DNA of 64,000 nucleotides from Burkholderiales bacterium (lineage in GTDB: Bacteria; Pseudomonadota; Gammaproteobacteria; Burkholderiales; SG8-41): assembly GCA_036555615.1 (NCBI GenBank), contig DATBKZ010000054.1, forward strand, positions 660 through 64,659, in the 5' to 3' direction. The translations under genes and the position numbers were made by a program. Below, in pieces: positions 34,807 to 42,682 of the stretch (position 1 is the stretch's first letter; each line of letters starts with the position of its first letter). A model generated the notes under the pieces. That model worked only from the letters and a program-made list of their open reading frames with translations, had not been told where the DNA came from and searched no databases.

Positions 34807-35316
34807 ATGTCCAGAGCGCTCGATATCATCCGGAACGAGCACCGCTCGATCGCCGTCGTGCTGGAAAATCTTCGCCGGCTGGCGCGGGAGGGGCGCGTCC
34901 CGAAAATCAATTCCGCGGTATTCGGCGCAATGGTCAACTACCTCGAGAATTTCGCCAATCTCATCCACCATCCCAAGGAGGACGAGTACCTGTTCGCTCC
35001 CTTGCTGCGTCGCAGCGACCAGGCGGAAACGCTGATCGCCGGACTCGAGCGCGAGCATGCCGAGGGCGACCGGGCGCTGCACGGCCTCAGGACGAGCTAC
35101 GCGCGCCTGGAAGCAACGGGCGACGCGGGGCTGCCCGCGTTTGCTCGGGCGGTAGAGGATTTCGCGCGCGCCTATTACGAGCACATGCGCAAGGAGGAAG
35201 AGCAGCTGTTTCCGCTCGCGGAAAAACTGCTCACGCCCGAAGACTGGTCGGCGCTCGACCGCGCGTTCGAGGAACATCGCGACCCCATCGCCACCGGGGA
35301 GCTGAAGGCGAAGTGA
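34807..35316 (+). CDS. Hemerythrin-domain protein
   Basis: The ATG follows GGAG. The protein has MSRALDIIRNEHRSI, IHHPKEDEYLF, EREHAEGD and HMRKEEEQLFP (His/Glu/Asp iron ligand pattern). Confidence 0.85.
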   Translation: MSRALDIIRNEHRSIAVVLENLRRLAREGRVPKINSAVFGAMVNYLENFANLIHHPKEDEYLFAPLLRRSDQAETLIAGLEREHAEGDRALHGLRTSYARLEATGDAGLPAFARAVEDFARAYYEHMRKEEEQLFPLAEKLLTPEDWSALDRAFEEHRDPIATGELKAK

Positions 35317-35427
35317 CGCGGTGACGTAATCGCCGGAAAGCGTGGCCTCGCCCAGCGCCTCCTTTGCAGGCGGCCGCGGGCGTGGCAGACTGATGACCCC
35401 GAGTCACAGTCGAGGCGCGCCCAGTCC

Positions 35428-36069
35428 ATGCCGCGCGGGGCCAGTCCATTCGCTCATCTGGACGAGGCCGCGCTGCGCGCCCTGGCGCCGCGCAGCGCGG
35501 CGCGGACGTTTCCCAAGCACGCCATTTTGGTGAACGAGGGCGACGAGACCGACTCGCTCTACGTTCTGCTCTCGGGACGCGTCAAGGTGTTCGTCGCGGG
35601 TGACGACGGCCGGGAGGTGGTGGTCAACGTCATCGAGGCGGGCGACTACTTCGGCGAGCTGTCGCTCGACGGCGGCGCGCGCGCGGCATCGGTCATGACG
35701 CTGGAGCCATGCCGGCTCTTCGTGATTTCGCACGGCGACGTCGAGGGACTGCTCGCGGCGAACCCGCTGTTCGCCCGCGACTTGATCCGGAAGCTGATCG
35801 GAAAGGTACGGTCGCTCACCGGCAGGGTGCGGGATCTGGCGCTCAGGGACGTCTATGGCCGGTTTGTCAGATTCGTGGAAGAGAACGCCGTCGAGCGTGA
35901 CGGTGGCCGACTGGTGCCCGAGCGCTTGACCCAGCACGATATCGCCGCGCGCATAGGAGGCTCCCGCGAGATGGTAAGTCGCATCCTGCGCGACCTCACG
36001 GCGGGCGGCTATGTCGCGATGGACGCCAAGCAGATCCGCATTCTCAAGAAGCTTCCCCAGGACTGGTAG
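35428..36069 (+). CDS. Crp/Fnr-family transcriptional regulator (no N-terminal Cys cluster)
   Basis: 213 aa with a cNMP-binding-like domain (YVLLSGRVKVFV...GDYFGELSL) and an HTH with an E--SR recognition helix (IGGSREMVSRILRDL). Confidence 0.9.
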   Translation: MPRGASPFAHLDEAALRALAPRSAARTFPKHAILVNEGDETDSLYVLLSGRVKVFVAGDDGREVVVNVIEAGDYFGELSLDGGARAASVMTLEPCRLFVISHGDVEGLLAANPLFARDLIRKLIGKVRSLTGRVRDLALRDVYGRFVRFVEENAVERDGGRLVPERLTQHDIAARIGGSREMVSRILRDLTAGGYVAMDAKQIRILKKLPQDW

Positions 36070-36224
36070 CTCCCCTCCGGAAGGCGGCCCGGAGGAGACA
36101 TCTGTGCATATGACGCAATTTCCCTGCGTCAGGTGACGACGCCCTGCCGCGCGCGCTCCTTCAATATGGGCTCCGTCGGGCTGGCGATATCCGCCGCCCG
36201 GGAAGCCAACTGGAGGGGGTCAAG

Positions 36225-36416
36225 ATGGATCTGACGATGGCGGTGAACCTGATGTGGGACGTGGGGACGGGGATATCGGTGGGGCTCCTGGCGTATGGCG
36301 CGTTACTTTGCCTGGAGCACCGGCTCGGGGGCGACGAGCCCAAGGCGAGCAGCTTCCAAGCGGCCCCGGCGCGGCCCGTGCTCCCCGGGCAAGGCCGCTT
36401 CGGCAGCGTGGACTGA
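36225..36416 (+). CDS. Possible small membrane protein (63 aa)
   Basis: Strong SD (GGAGGGGG) 6 nt upstream. There is one hydrophobic segment (GTGISVGLLAYGALLCL), and codon third positions are GC-rich. Confidence 0.4.
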   Translation: MDLTMAVNLMWDVGTGISVGLLAYGALLCLEHRLGGDEPKASSFQAAPARPVLPGQGRFGSVD

Positions 36417-36425
36417 TTGCGGCGC

Positions 36426-37391
36426 TCACCGTGGCTTGATGCCGGCGGCCTTGACCACCTTGTTCCACTGCGCGATCTCGCGCCGGATGAGGCTCGCGAA
36501 CTCCTCCGGCTTGCGGTTAACCACCTCCACGCCCTGATCAGCGAGCCGGCTCACCACCTCCGGGCTGCTCGCGCCGCGCGTGAGGGCCTGATACAGGCGG
36601 TTGATGACCGGGCGCGGCGTGCCGGCGGGCGCGAGGATGCCGAACCACTGCGAGATCACGAAACCCGGCAGGCCGGACTCCCCGAAGGTCGCGACGTCGG
36701 GCAGGACCTGCAGCCGTTTCGGGGCCGTGACGCCGAGTGCGCGGAGCCGGCCGGACTTGACGTGGGGCATGGCGGACAACGCGGTGGAAACCGCGGCGGT
36801 GATTTCGCCGGAGATGAGGCTGATGAAGGCCATCCCGGAGCCCTTGAAGATCACCTGCGGCATGTCCACCCCGGCCGACTGCTTGAACAGCTCCGCCGTC
36901 ATGTGCGGGCTGGTGCCGATGCCCGGCGAGCCGAAGGTGAGCTCGCCCGGCTTTGTCTTGGCGAGCGCAATCAGGTCCTTCACGCTCCTCGCCGGGACCG
37001 AGGGGTTCACCGTCATGATCTGGAAGGCGTCCACCACAAGCGACACTGGCGCGAAATCGCGCACGGCGTCGTAGGGCATTTTCTTGATCATGCTCGGGTT
37101 GATGGTGAGCGAGGGCTGGATGATGAGCAGCGTGTAGCCGTCGGGAGTCGCTTTCGCGACGATGCCGGTGCCGATGACGCCGCTCGCGCCGCCGCGGTTG
37201 TCGACCACGACCTGCTGCCCGAGCTCGTCGCCCAGCTTCTGGGCGAGCAGGCGCGCGAGAATGTCGCTCGCGCCGCCGGGAGAGGAGGCGACCACCAGCC
37301 GGATGGGCCGGATCGGATACTTCTGCGCAACGGCGCACTCGATCCCGGAACCGAGCAGCGCGAGCGCCAGCAGGGCGACGACTCTTTTCAT
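36426..37391 (-). CDS. Bug/TctC-family substrate-binding protein
   Basis: 321-aa ORF. Its ATG overlaps the upstream CMD stop (ATGA). It has RPIRLVVASSPGGASD and VIFKGSGMAFISLISGE. Confidence 0.9.
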   Translation of the reverse strand: MKRVVALLALALLGSGIECAVAQKYPIRPIRLVVASSPGGASDILARLLAQKLGDELGQQVVVDNRGGASGVIGTGIVAKATPDGYTLLIIQPSLTINPSMIKKMPYDAVRDFAPVSLVVDAFQIMTVNPSVPARSVKDLIALAKTKPGELTFGSPGIGTSPHMTAELFKQSAGVDMPQVIFKGSGMAFISLISGEITAAVSTALSAMPHVKSGRLRALGVTAPKRLQVLPDVATFGESGLPGFVISQWFGILAPAGTPRPVINRLYQALTRGASSPEVVSRLADQGVEVVNRKPEEFASLIRREIAQWNKVVKAAGIKPR

Positions 37392-37939
37392 GGCAATCCT
37401 CCTTTTCTTGGTAATGGCCGCACTCCCAGAGTGCGGGTAAACGCCTGCATGCCGTAATGGAAGGCGATGAAGGCGCCCAGCTCCATGATTTGCGCCTCGG
37501 TGAAGTGCATCTTGCCTTCCGCGTAGAACACGCCGTCAATTTTCTCTGGATTGAGGTACATCTCGCGCGCGTAGCGCAGCGCCCATTTTTCCGCGGGGGA
37601 GAAGCGCTGGTCGCTCTCGAACTTGCCCGTCCCGGCCTCGATCGTTTTCTCGTCGAGCCCGGCCGCGCGCGCGCGCGCCGAGCGCAGGCCGGCGAAATAG
37701 GGGTCGCCCGCCGTGCGCGCGAGCTGCACGCGGATGATCTCCTTGAGACGGTGGTCCACATTGCCCGCGATGTGCGATTCGAGCAGGGCGCGGAGCAGCG
37801 CCTTCGCGTACGCCGGCACGCGCGCGAGGATAAGCGGAAAGAGTGCGTCGGGCACGCCCAGTGACTCACAGCGCCCGATCAGTTCGCGCAGCTCGGGGTC
37901 GCGGATTGCCTCAGGCTTCAGCGGCTCGATGTGCGGCAT
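37388..37939 (-). CDS. CMD/AhpD-fold protein lacking the redox Cys pair
   Basis: 183 aa from ATG 37939 (MPHIEPLKPEAIRDPELRELIGRCESLG...HRLKEIIRVQLARTAGDPYFAGLRSARARAAGLDEKTIEAG...). At the CxxC position it has D-P-Y-F. Confidence 0.8.
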   Translation of the reverse strand: MPHIEPLKPEAIRDPELRELIGRCESLGVPDALFPLILARVPAYAKALLRALLESHIAGNVDHRLKEIIRVQLARTAGDPYFAGLRSARARAAGLDEKTIEAGTGKFESDQRFSPAEKWALRYAREMYLNPEKIDGVFYAEGKMHFTEAQIMELGAFIAFHYGMQAFTRTLGVRPLPRKGGLP

Positions 37940-37976
37940 CGTCCGATCTAAGGGATGAGGGATGATGAAAGACCTG

Positions 37977-38594
37977 TCACTTCGTCGCGGCGGCCAACGA
38001 CGCAGGCACCGTGCCGTAGATGCGCGCCGACTCCTCCTGGCTGACCAGGCGCCCGTCGGGCGCGAACATCGGGTAGAACCTGAGCGTCCCGAAGAAGGTG
38101 TGATAGCCGATGTTGAAGCCGATAAAGGTACCGAGCTCGACAATCTCCTCCTCGGAATAGTGCCGGCGCAGCCCGTCGTAGAACGCGGCGTCGATTCTCG
38201 CCGGGTTGAGCGCCATCAGCTCGCTGTAACGCAACGCGAGCTTCTCGGCCTCGGTGAAGCGCGGGCTCGTCGCGTAGTCGGCGATGCCCTCGTCGATGTC
38301 GCCTTCGGTCAATCCCTGCCGCCTCGCCGAAGCGGACCGGACGTTTCCTCAGTAGACGCAGGAGGCCATGCGGGAGAGCTGCACCCGGATAATCTCCTTC
38401 AACGTGTGGCTGACGCGGCCGGTATTGAAGATGGTGTCCCAGGCGACGAACATCGCCTCGCACAGGTCGACGTTGTGGCCCATCATCGCGTGGAAGCCCG
38501 GGTCGGGCGCGCGGTGCTGGAGGCACTTGTCGATATAGGGCCGGAGCTTGGTCTTCCTCAGCTCCTCGATGTCGAGCATGGTGATGTTCGGCAT
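37977..38594 (-). CDS. AhpD/CMD-fold protein with an in-frame TGA (38351-38349) at the second Cys of the CxxC motif; candidate selenoprotein (alternative reading: nonsense pseudogene)
   Basis: Track ORFs 38349..38897 (real start ATG 38594) and 37977..38312 are in the same frame. The joined product is 205 aa: ...HTLKEIIRVQLSRMASCVY[TGA]GNVRSASARRQGLTEGDIDEG.... It is collinear with the paralog at 37388-37939. Confidence 0.6.
38319..38340 (-). promoter_or_regulatory. Candidate SECIS-like hairpin 9-30 nt 3' of the in-frame UGA
   Basis: The minus strand reads CCGGUCCGC-UUCG-GCGAGGCGG. By hand this gives 8 pairs with two single-nt bulges and a UUCG tetraloop. It was not folded computationally. 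Confidence 0.3.
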
Positions 38595-38664
38595 GGCGCA
38601 AATCTTACACCGGCCCCATTTACCTGACCGGCAGATGTCTGCCTCCCCCCTGCGCGCTACTGGC

Positions 38665-38678
38665 TTGATCTGGGTCAA
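38665..38678. promoter_or_regulatory. Near-consensus FNR-type box TTGAT-CTGG-GTCAA (9/10)
   Basis: It lies in the 160-bp divergent region between the TGA-containing AhpD-like gene (start 38594) and the BamE-like lipoprotein gene (start 38755). Confidence 0.35.
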
Positions 38679-38754
38679 GACGGCTGAGGTGCGTGCGCGA
38701 GAGACTGTTCCAGTCGAAGTGTCCCCTGGCGGGCAACCGCTGAAGGAGTCATCC

Positions 38755-39183
38755 ATGAACAAGCGCTTGTGGCTCGCACTGCTGCCCATGATATTGGCGG
38801 GTTGCATGACGGCCCCGGAGCATCGTGCCGCGGTCGAGGGCGAGGGAACCGACCGCCTGACGGTCGGCAAGGTCCAGCGCGAGATCCGCGTGGGCATGAC
38901 CGGGGCGGAGGTGGTTCAGGTGCTCGGTACTCCGAACATCGTCAGCACGGACGAGGAGCGCCGCGAGGTCTGGGTCTATGACCGGGTATCCACCACGACA
39001 GTGCATTCGGAGAGCCGCGCCGGCGTCCTGGCGCTGGTTTTCGGCGGAAGCGGCGGTGCGCTGGGCGGTGTCGGCGGCGACGCCGGCGCGCGCAGCACGA
39101 CACAGCGCACCCTCACGGTCATCATCAAATTCGACAAGGACTCGCGCGTCCGGGACTTCGCCTACCACGCCAGCCAGTTCTGA
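38755..39183 (+). CDS. BamE/SmpA/OmlA-like lipoprotein with a Gly-rich tail
   Basis: ATG 38755 follows GAAGGAG. It has a lipobox (MILAGC), the SmpA_OmlA-like block LTVGKVQREIRVGMTGAEVVQVLGTPN...EVWVYD, and the Gly-zipper-like FGGSGGALGGVGGDAGA. Confidence 0.7.
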   Translation: MNKRLWLALLPMILAGCMTAPEHRAAVEGEGTDRLTVGKVQREIRVGMTGAEVVQVLGTPNIVSTDEERREVWVYDRVSTTTVHSESRAGVLALVFGGSGGALGGVGGDAGARSTTQRTLTVIIKFDKDSRVRDFAYHASQF

Positions 39184-39194
39184 CGGGGGCGGCG

Positions 39195-39764
39195 ATGAAG
39201 CGCCGTGTGGACCTCCGCGCTCCGTCGCTGCTTGCTGCCGCGGTGGTGCTGGCTGTGAGCGCGGTGGCGTGCGCCCCGGGCACCGGGAAGAAGGAGGTGC
39301 AGCCGCGGCCGGAGCTGGCGGCGGACCGGGAGCTGCAGGCGCGGCGCTTCGAGGGCATCAGCGAGGAGAAGCTGCTGGCTGCATCCGTTGGCGTGCTGCA
39401 GGACCTCGGATTCACGATCACGGTTGCCGATGCCGAGATTGGAATGGCGACCGGCGTCAAGGACCGAGATGCGAAAGCGCCCGAACAGAGGGCCGCCGTG
39501 ATCGTCCTCATGATCCTGCTCACTGCGGCATCCGGGCATGCACCGCCGACCGGCGACATGAGAGAGGAGCAAACAATCAGGGTATTGCTGACGACACGCC
39601 CTGTCCGGGGCAGCAGCGACGCCTACGAAGTGCGGGTGACATTCCACCGGTTCCTGCGCCAGCCCCTGGTCGTCGAGGCTGGCGGCTTCCGTGACCCGAG
39701 GCTGTACGAGGGATTCTTCGAGCTTCTGTCCAAGGCGATCTTTCTGGAGGCACACAGACTGTGA
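39195..39764 (+). CDS. Uncharacterised lipoprotein, paralog A
   Basis: 189 aa with a signal and Cys (AVSAVAC). The shared core is LQARRFEGISEEKLLAASVGVLQDLGFTITVADAEIGMATG...VRVTFHRF...DPRLYEGFFELLSKAIFLEAH. Confidence 0.65.
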   Translation: MKRRVDLRAPSLLAAAVVLAVSAVACAPGTGKKEVQPRPELAADRELQARRFEGISEEKLLAASVGVLQDLGFTITVADAEIGMATGVKDRDAKAPEQRAAVIVLMILLTAASGHAPPTGDMREEQTIRVLLTTRPVRGSSDAYEVRVTFHRFLRQPLVVEAGGFRDPRLYEGFFELLSKAIFLEAHRL

Positions 39765-40213
39765 ACCGAAACAGCGCCATCCTCATCCTGGCGGCGCTCG
39801 CCTGCATACCCGCGCTGTCATCGTGTGCGTCGTCCCCCGAGAGCGGGGTCCTGTCGAGTCCCGAAAGCCAGTTGAAGCTGCGCAGCATCCAGTCGCGCGC
39901 CTACGACACTACCGACCGGCTGATGGTGCTGAGAGGCGTGGTCGCCACGCTGCAGGACCTCGAGTTCATGATCGAGGCGGCCGATGCTGCGCTGGGGTTG
40001 GTGACGGCGCGGAAGCTTCTGCTGCCCAGGGACACGCTCCTCGGAAGCAACTTGATGCTGACGGTGACGGTGCGTCCGCGCGGGGAGAAGCAGATGCTGG
40101 TGCGGCTCAACGCGGAGTTCAACCGGCGCGCAGTTGAGGACCCGGAGGTTTACCAGAGCTTCTTCGTGGCGCTCGGCAGGACTCTGTTCATGAGCGGGCA
40201 CGAGGTCGATTGA
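39761..40213 (+). CDS. Uncharacterised lipoprotein, paralog B
   Basis: 150 aa. Its GTG overlaps the preceding stop (GTGA). It has a good lipobox (ALSSC). The core is IQSRAYDTTDRLMVLRGVVATLQDLEFMIEAADAALGLVTA...VRLNAEFN...DPEVYQSFFVALGRTLFMSGH. Confidence 0.7.
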   Translation: MNRNSAILILAALACIPALSSCASSPESGVLSSPESQLKLRSIQSRAYDTTDRLMVLRGVVATLQDLEFMIEAADAALGLVTARKLLLPRDTLLGSNLMLTVTVRPRGEKQMLVRLNAEFNRRAVEDPEVYQSFFVALGRTLFMSGHEVD

Positions 40214-40216
40214 GCC

Positions 40217-40816
40217 GTGCGCCGTGTTGGCCGGGTTTTCCGCTTGCCGGGGGGTGGCATCGCCCACGCGTCCGGCTTGCTGCGGCTTCTCGCGCTGGTG
40301 GTGCTGCTGCTCTTCGCGCACGGGTGTGCCACCGAGCCAAAGCTGGCGCAGTTGATGCAGGTCGGGCCGGAAGCGGCGGCCAACCGGGCGTTACAGACGC
40401 GACGGTTCAGTGAAGTGAGCGAGGCCGAATTGCTCGCGGCCTGCGTCAGCGTATTGCAGGATCTTGGCTTTCGCATTACGGCATCGGAAGCGCGGCTCGG
40501 CGTGGTAACCGGCGACAAGCCCCGGTCCGACGCGGACATGCTCGCCGACGTCGGCCGCCTGAGTCTCCTTGCCGGCATTACGATGGGGCTCCACCCGGAA
40601 CTCTCCAAGGGGTTTGCCGATAGCTTCGGCGTCGTGCTGGCGACGCGAGGCGTCGGCGGCGGGGCGCGCGTTCACGAAACCAGAGCCACTTTTTATCGGG
40701 GGTACGTCGGCGGGTACGGCGGGAGACACGCCGTGCTCATCACGAGCCCGGTGCTCTATCAGCGGTTTTTCGGCATGGTCGATACGACGCTGGCCCGAAC
40801 GCGCTCCGGCAACTGA
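40217..40816 (+). CDS. Uncharacterised lipoprotein, paralog C
   Basis: 199 aa, starting 4 nt after the previous stop. It has a signal and Cys (LLFAHGC). The core is LQTRRFSEVSEAELLAACVSVLQDLGFRITASEARLGVVTG...TRATFYRG...SPVLYQRFFGMVDTTLA. Confidence 0.6.
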   Translation: MRRVGRVFRLPGGGIAHASGLLRLLALVVLLLFAHGCATEPKLAQLMQVGPEAAANRALQTRRFSEVSEAELLAACVSVLQDLGFRITASEARLGVVTGDKPRSDADMLADVGRLSLLAGITMGLHPELSKGFADSFGVVLATRGVGGGARVHETRATFYRGYVGGYGGRHAVLITSPVLYQRFFGMVDTTLARTRSGN

Positions 40817-40885
40817 GCGCGGCGCGTCATACGGACGCCGAGTTCGCGTAGACTCCTGCTTCCGAATCAACCGGGAGGATAAGAC

Positions 40886-41500
40886 ATGCTTCGCTTGTAC
40901 GGCTCGGTCCGGTCCCGCGCCATCCGCGTCCTGTGGATGGCGGGGGAGCTCGGGCTCACCTTCGATCACAAGGACTGGCTTCCGCGCGCGCCGGAGACGC
41001 GCACGCCGGAATACCTGGCCCTGAACCCCAATGGGCGCGTGCCGACGATTGACGACGACGGGTTCATCCTCTCGGAGTCGATGGCGATTAATCTCTACCT
41101 GGCCAAGAAGCACAAGAGTCCGCTCTATCCCGCCGACCCGAAAAACGAGGCGCGGGCCATCCAGTGGAGCCTGTGGGAAACCGACCGCCTCGACCGCCAG
41201 ATCGTGAACTACTGCAGGCACACCCGCGACCTGCCGGAAGCCGAGCGCAAGCCGGCGATCGCCGCGGAAGCGTGGAAGGAAATCGAGCCTGCGTTCGGCG
41301 TGCTCGAGACCGCGCTCTCGCGGTCGCAGTGGCTCGCCGGGCCCGCATTCTCGGTGGGCGACCTCAACGTCGCCGCGGCGCTCTACCGGGCGCTCTCGCT
41401 GGACCTCGGTAAGTGGCCGCACCTCGATGCGTGGCTCAAGCGCTGCTGGGACCGTGCGCCGGCGAAGAAGGTGCGCGTGATGCGCGAAGCGAAGGGCTAG
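40886..41500 (+). CDS. Glutathione S-transferase
   Basis: 204-aa ORF: MLRLYGSVRSRAIRVLWMAGELGL, NPNGRVPTIDDDGFILSESMAI, and a C-terminal GST helical domain. Confidence 0.9.
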   Translation: MLRLYGSVRSRAIRVLWMAGELGLTFDHKDWLPRAPETRTPEYLALNPNGRVPTIDDDGFILSESMAINLYLAKKHKSPLYPADPKNEARAIQWSLWETDRLDRQIVNYCRHTRDLPEAERKPAIAAEAWKEIEPAFGVLETALSRSQWLAGPAFSVGDLNVAAALYRALSLDLGKWPHLDAWLKRCWDRAPAKKVRVMREAKG

Positions 41501-41540
41501 CCGCCACGAACGTCTGCCGCTACGCGCGCCGGTCGTCGAA

Positions 41541-42398
41541 TCACGCTGTGCGGGCTTTGAGGTCCGCCGCTGTCACATCCCCCGTGAAGACGTAGCCGGT
41601 TTCCTCGACGCTGCCCGCGCCGGCGTAGATGCCGATGACTTCCAGCGGCTCGGTCGGGCTCAGATTGTGCAGGAAGTGCTCGACGCCGCGAGGGATGTAA
41701 TGGACGTGACCGCCGCGCACCTCGGCGCGGTCGGGGCCAGCGCCCGCAAGGCCGTGGCCGCGGATCACGTAATAGACTTCCTCGCAGTTCTCGTGGCGGT
41801 GCCTCTTGTGCACGGCGCCGGGCATGAACTTCGCCCAGAACAGCGTGGTCGGGCTGCCGTTGTGGCGGCCGATGGGCATGCGGAAGTCCGTGATGCTCCA
41901 GCCTTCTCTTGCGTCCATGCGCGCGGGCTTCACGTCGTCGATGTGGACGAGGATGCCATCGGTGAACTTTTCCCGGCGCGGCGACTTGAGGTCTGCAGGG
42001 GTCACTGCGCCGCGGAATTCGTAGCCCGTGTCCTCGACGCTCTTCGCGCCGACGTAGAAGCCGACGACGAGCGCTCCCTCGTCTTCCGTCTCGTTATAGA
42101 AGAAGTGCTCCATGCCCCTGGGCATGAGGCGGCAGTGTCCGGCGCGCACCACGCTGCGTTCGTCACCGAGCCCGACGGCCCCATGGCCCTTCAGGTATAC
42201 GGCGATCTCGTCGCAATTGCGGTGCAAGTGCTTTGCGTGAGTGGAGCCGGGCCGGAAGATCGAGTGAAAGAGGGTAGTCGAGCTGCCGTTTCGCCCCGAG
42301 ATCGGCAGCCGGAACTCGGAGATCGCCCAGCCTTCGCCCTGCTTCATGTTCTCGGGCCGGATGTCGTCGACGTGCACCAGGGGGTACTTGAGCGGCAT
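41541..42398 (-). CDS. Bicupin protein (two tandem cupin domains)
   Basis: 285 aa. The halves are clearly homologous: ...GSTHAKHLHRNCDEIAVYLKGHG...MPRGMEHFFYN... and ...GAVHKRHRHENCEEVYYVIRGHG...IPRGVEHFLHN.... Confidence 0.85.
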   Translation of the reverse strand: MPLKYPLVHVDDIRPENMKQGEGWAISEFRLPISGRNGSSTTLFHSIFRPGSTHAKHLHRNCDEIAVYLKGHGAVGLGDERSVVRAGHCRLMPRGMEHFFYNETEDEGALVVGFYVGAKSVEDTGYEFRGAVTPADLKSPRREKFTDGILVHIDDVKPARMDAREGWSITDFRMPIGRHNGSPTTLFWAKFMPGAVHKRHRHENCEEVYYVIRGHGLAGAGPDRAEVRGGHVHYIPRGVEHFLHNLSPTEPLEVIGIYAGAGSVEETGYVFTGDVTAADLKARTA

Positions 42399-42682
42399 GT
42401 CAGGACGGGTGACGAGTGATCAATCGCTGGAAGGATGAAGGACGCAGGGGAAGTTTGCAAGTCTGCACGCTGCGATCAGCAGCGAAGGACGTCGAGCTTC
42501 CGCTCGAAGCGGCTCTGCCAATGGCGCAATCTGTGTGTGAGTAGCCAATCCGGTTCCAACCGGGCAGGGGACTCGACCCTATTCCCGGCACGACGTTCCG
42601 GCGAGGACGGGGGAGTCGAGCCTACTCCTTCCGTCTTCGTTGTATGATCCCGTCACTTCCGCAGACAGGGGAGGATGCGCCC

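Noticed and set aside
37977-38594. Treating 38349-38594 and 37977-38312 as two separate small genes
   Set aside because: They are in the same frame, and the second would need a TTG start in the middle of a conserved domain. Together they are collinear with the full-length paralog next door. The real alternatives are Sec recoding or a single nonsense mutation, as kept in the findings.
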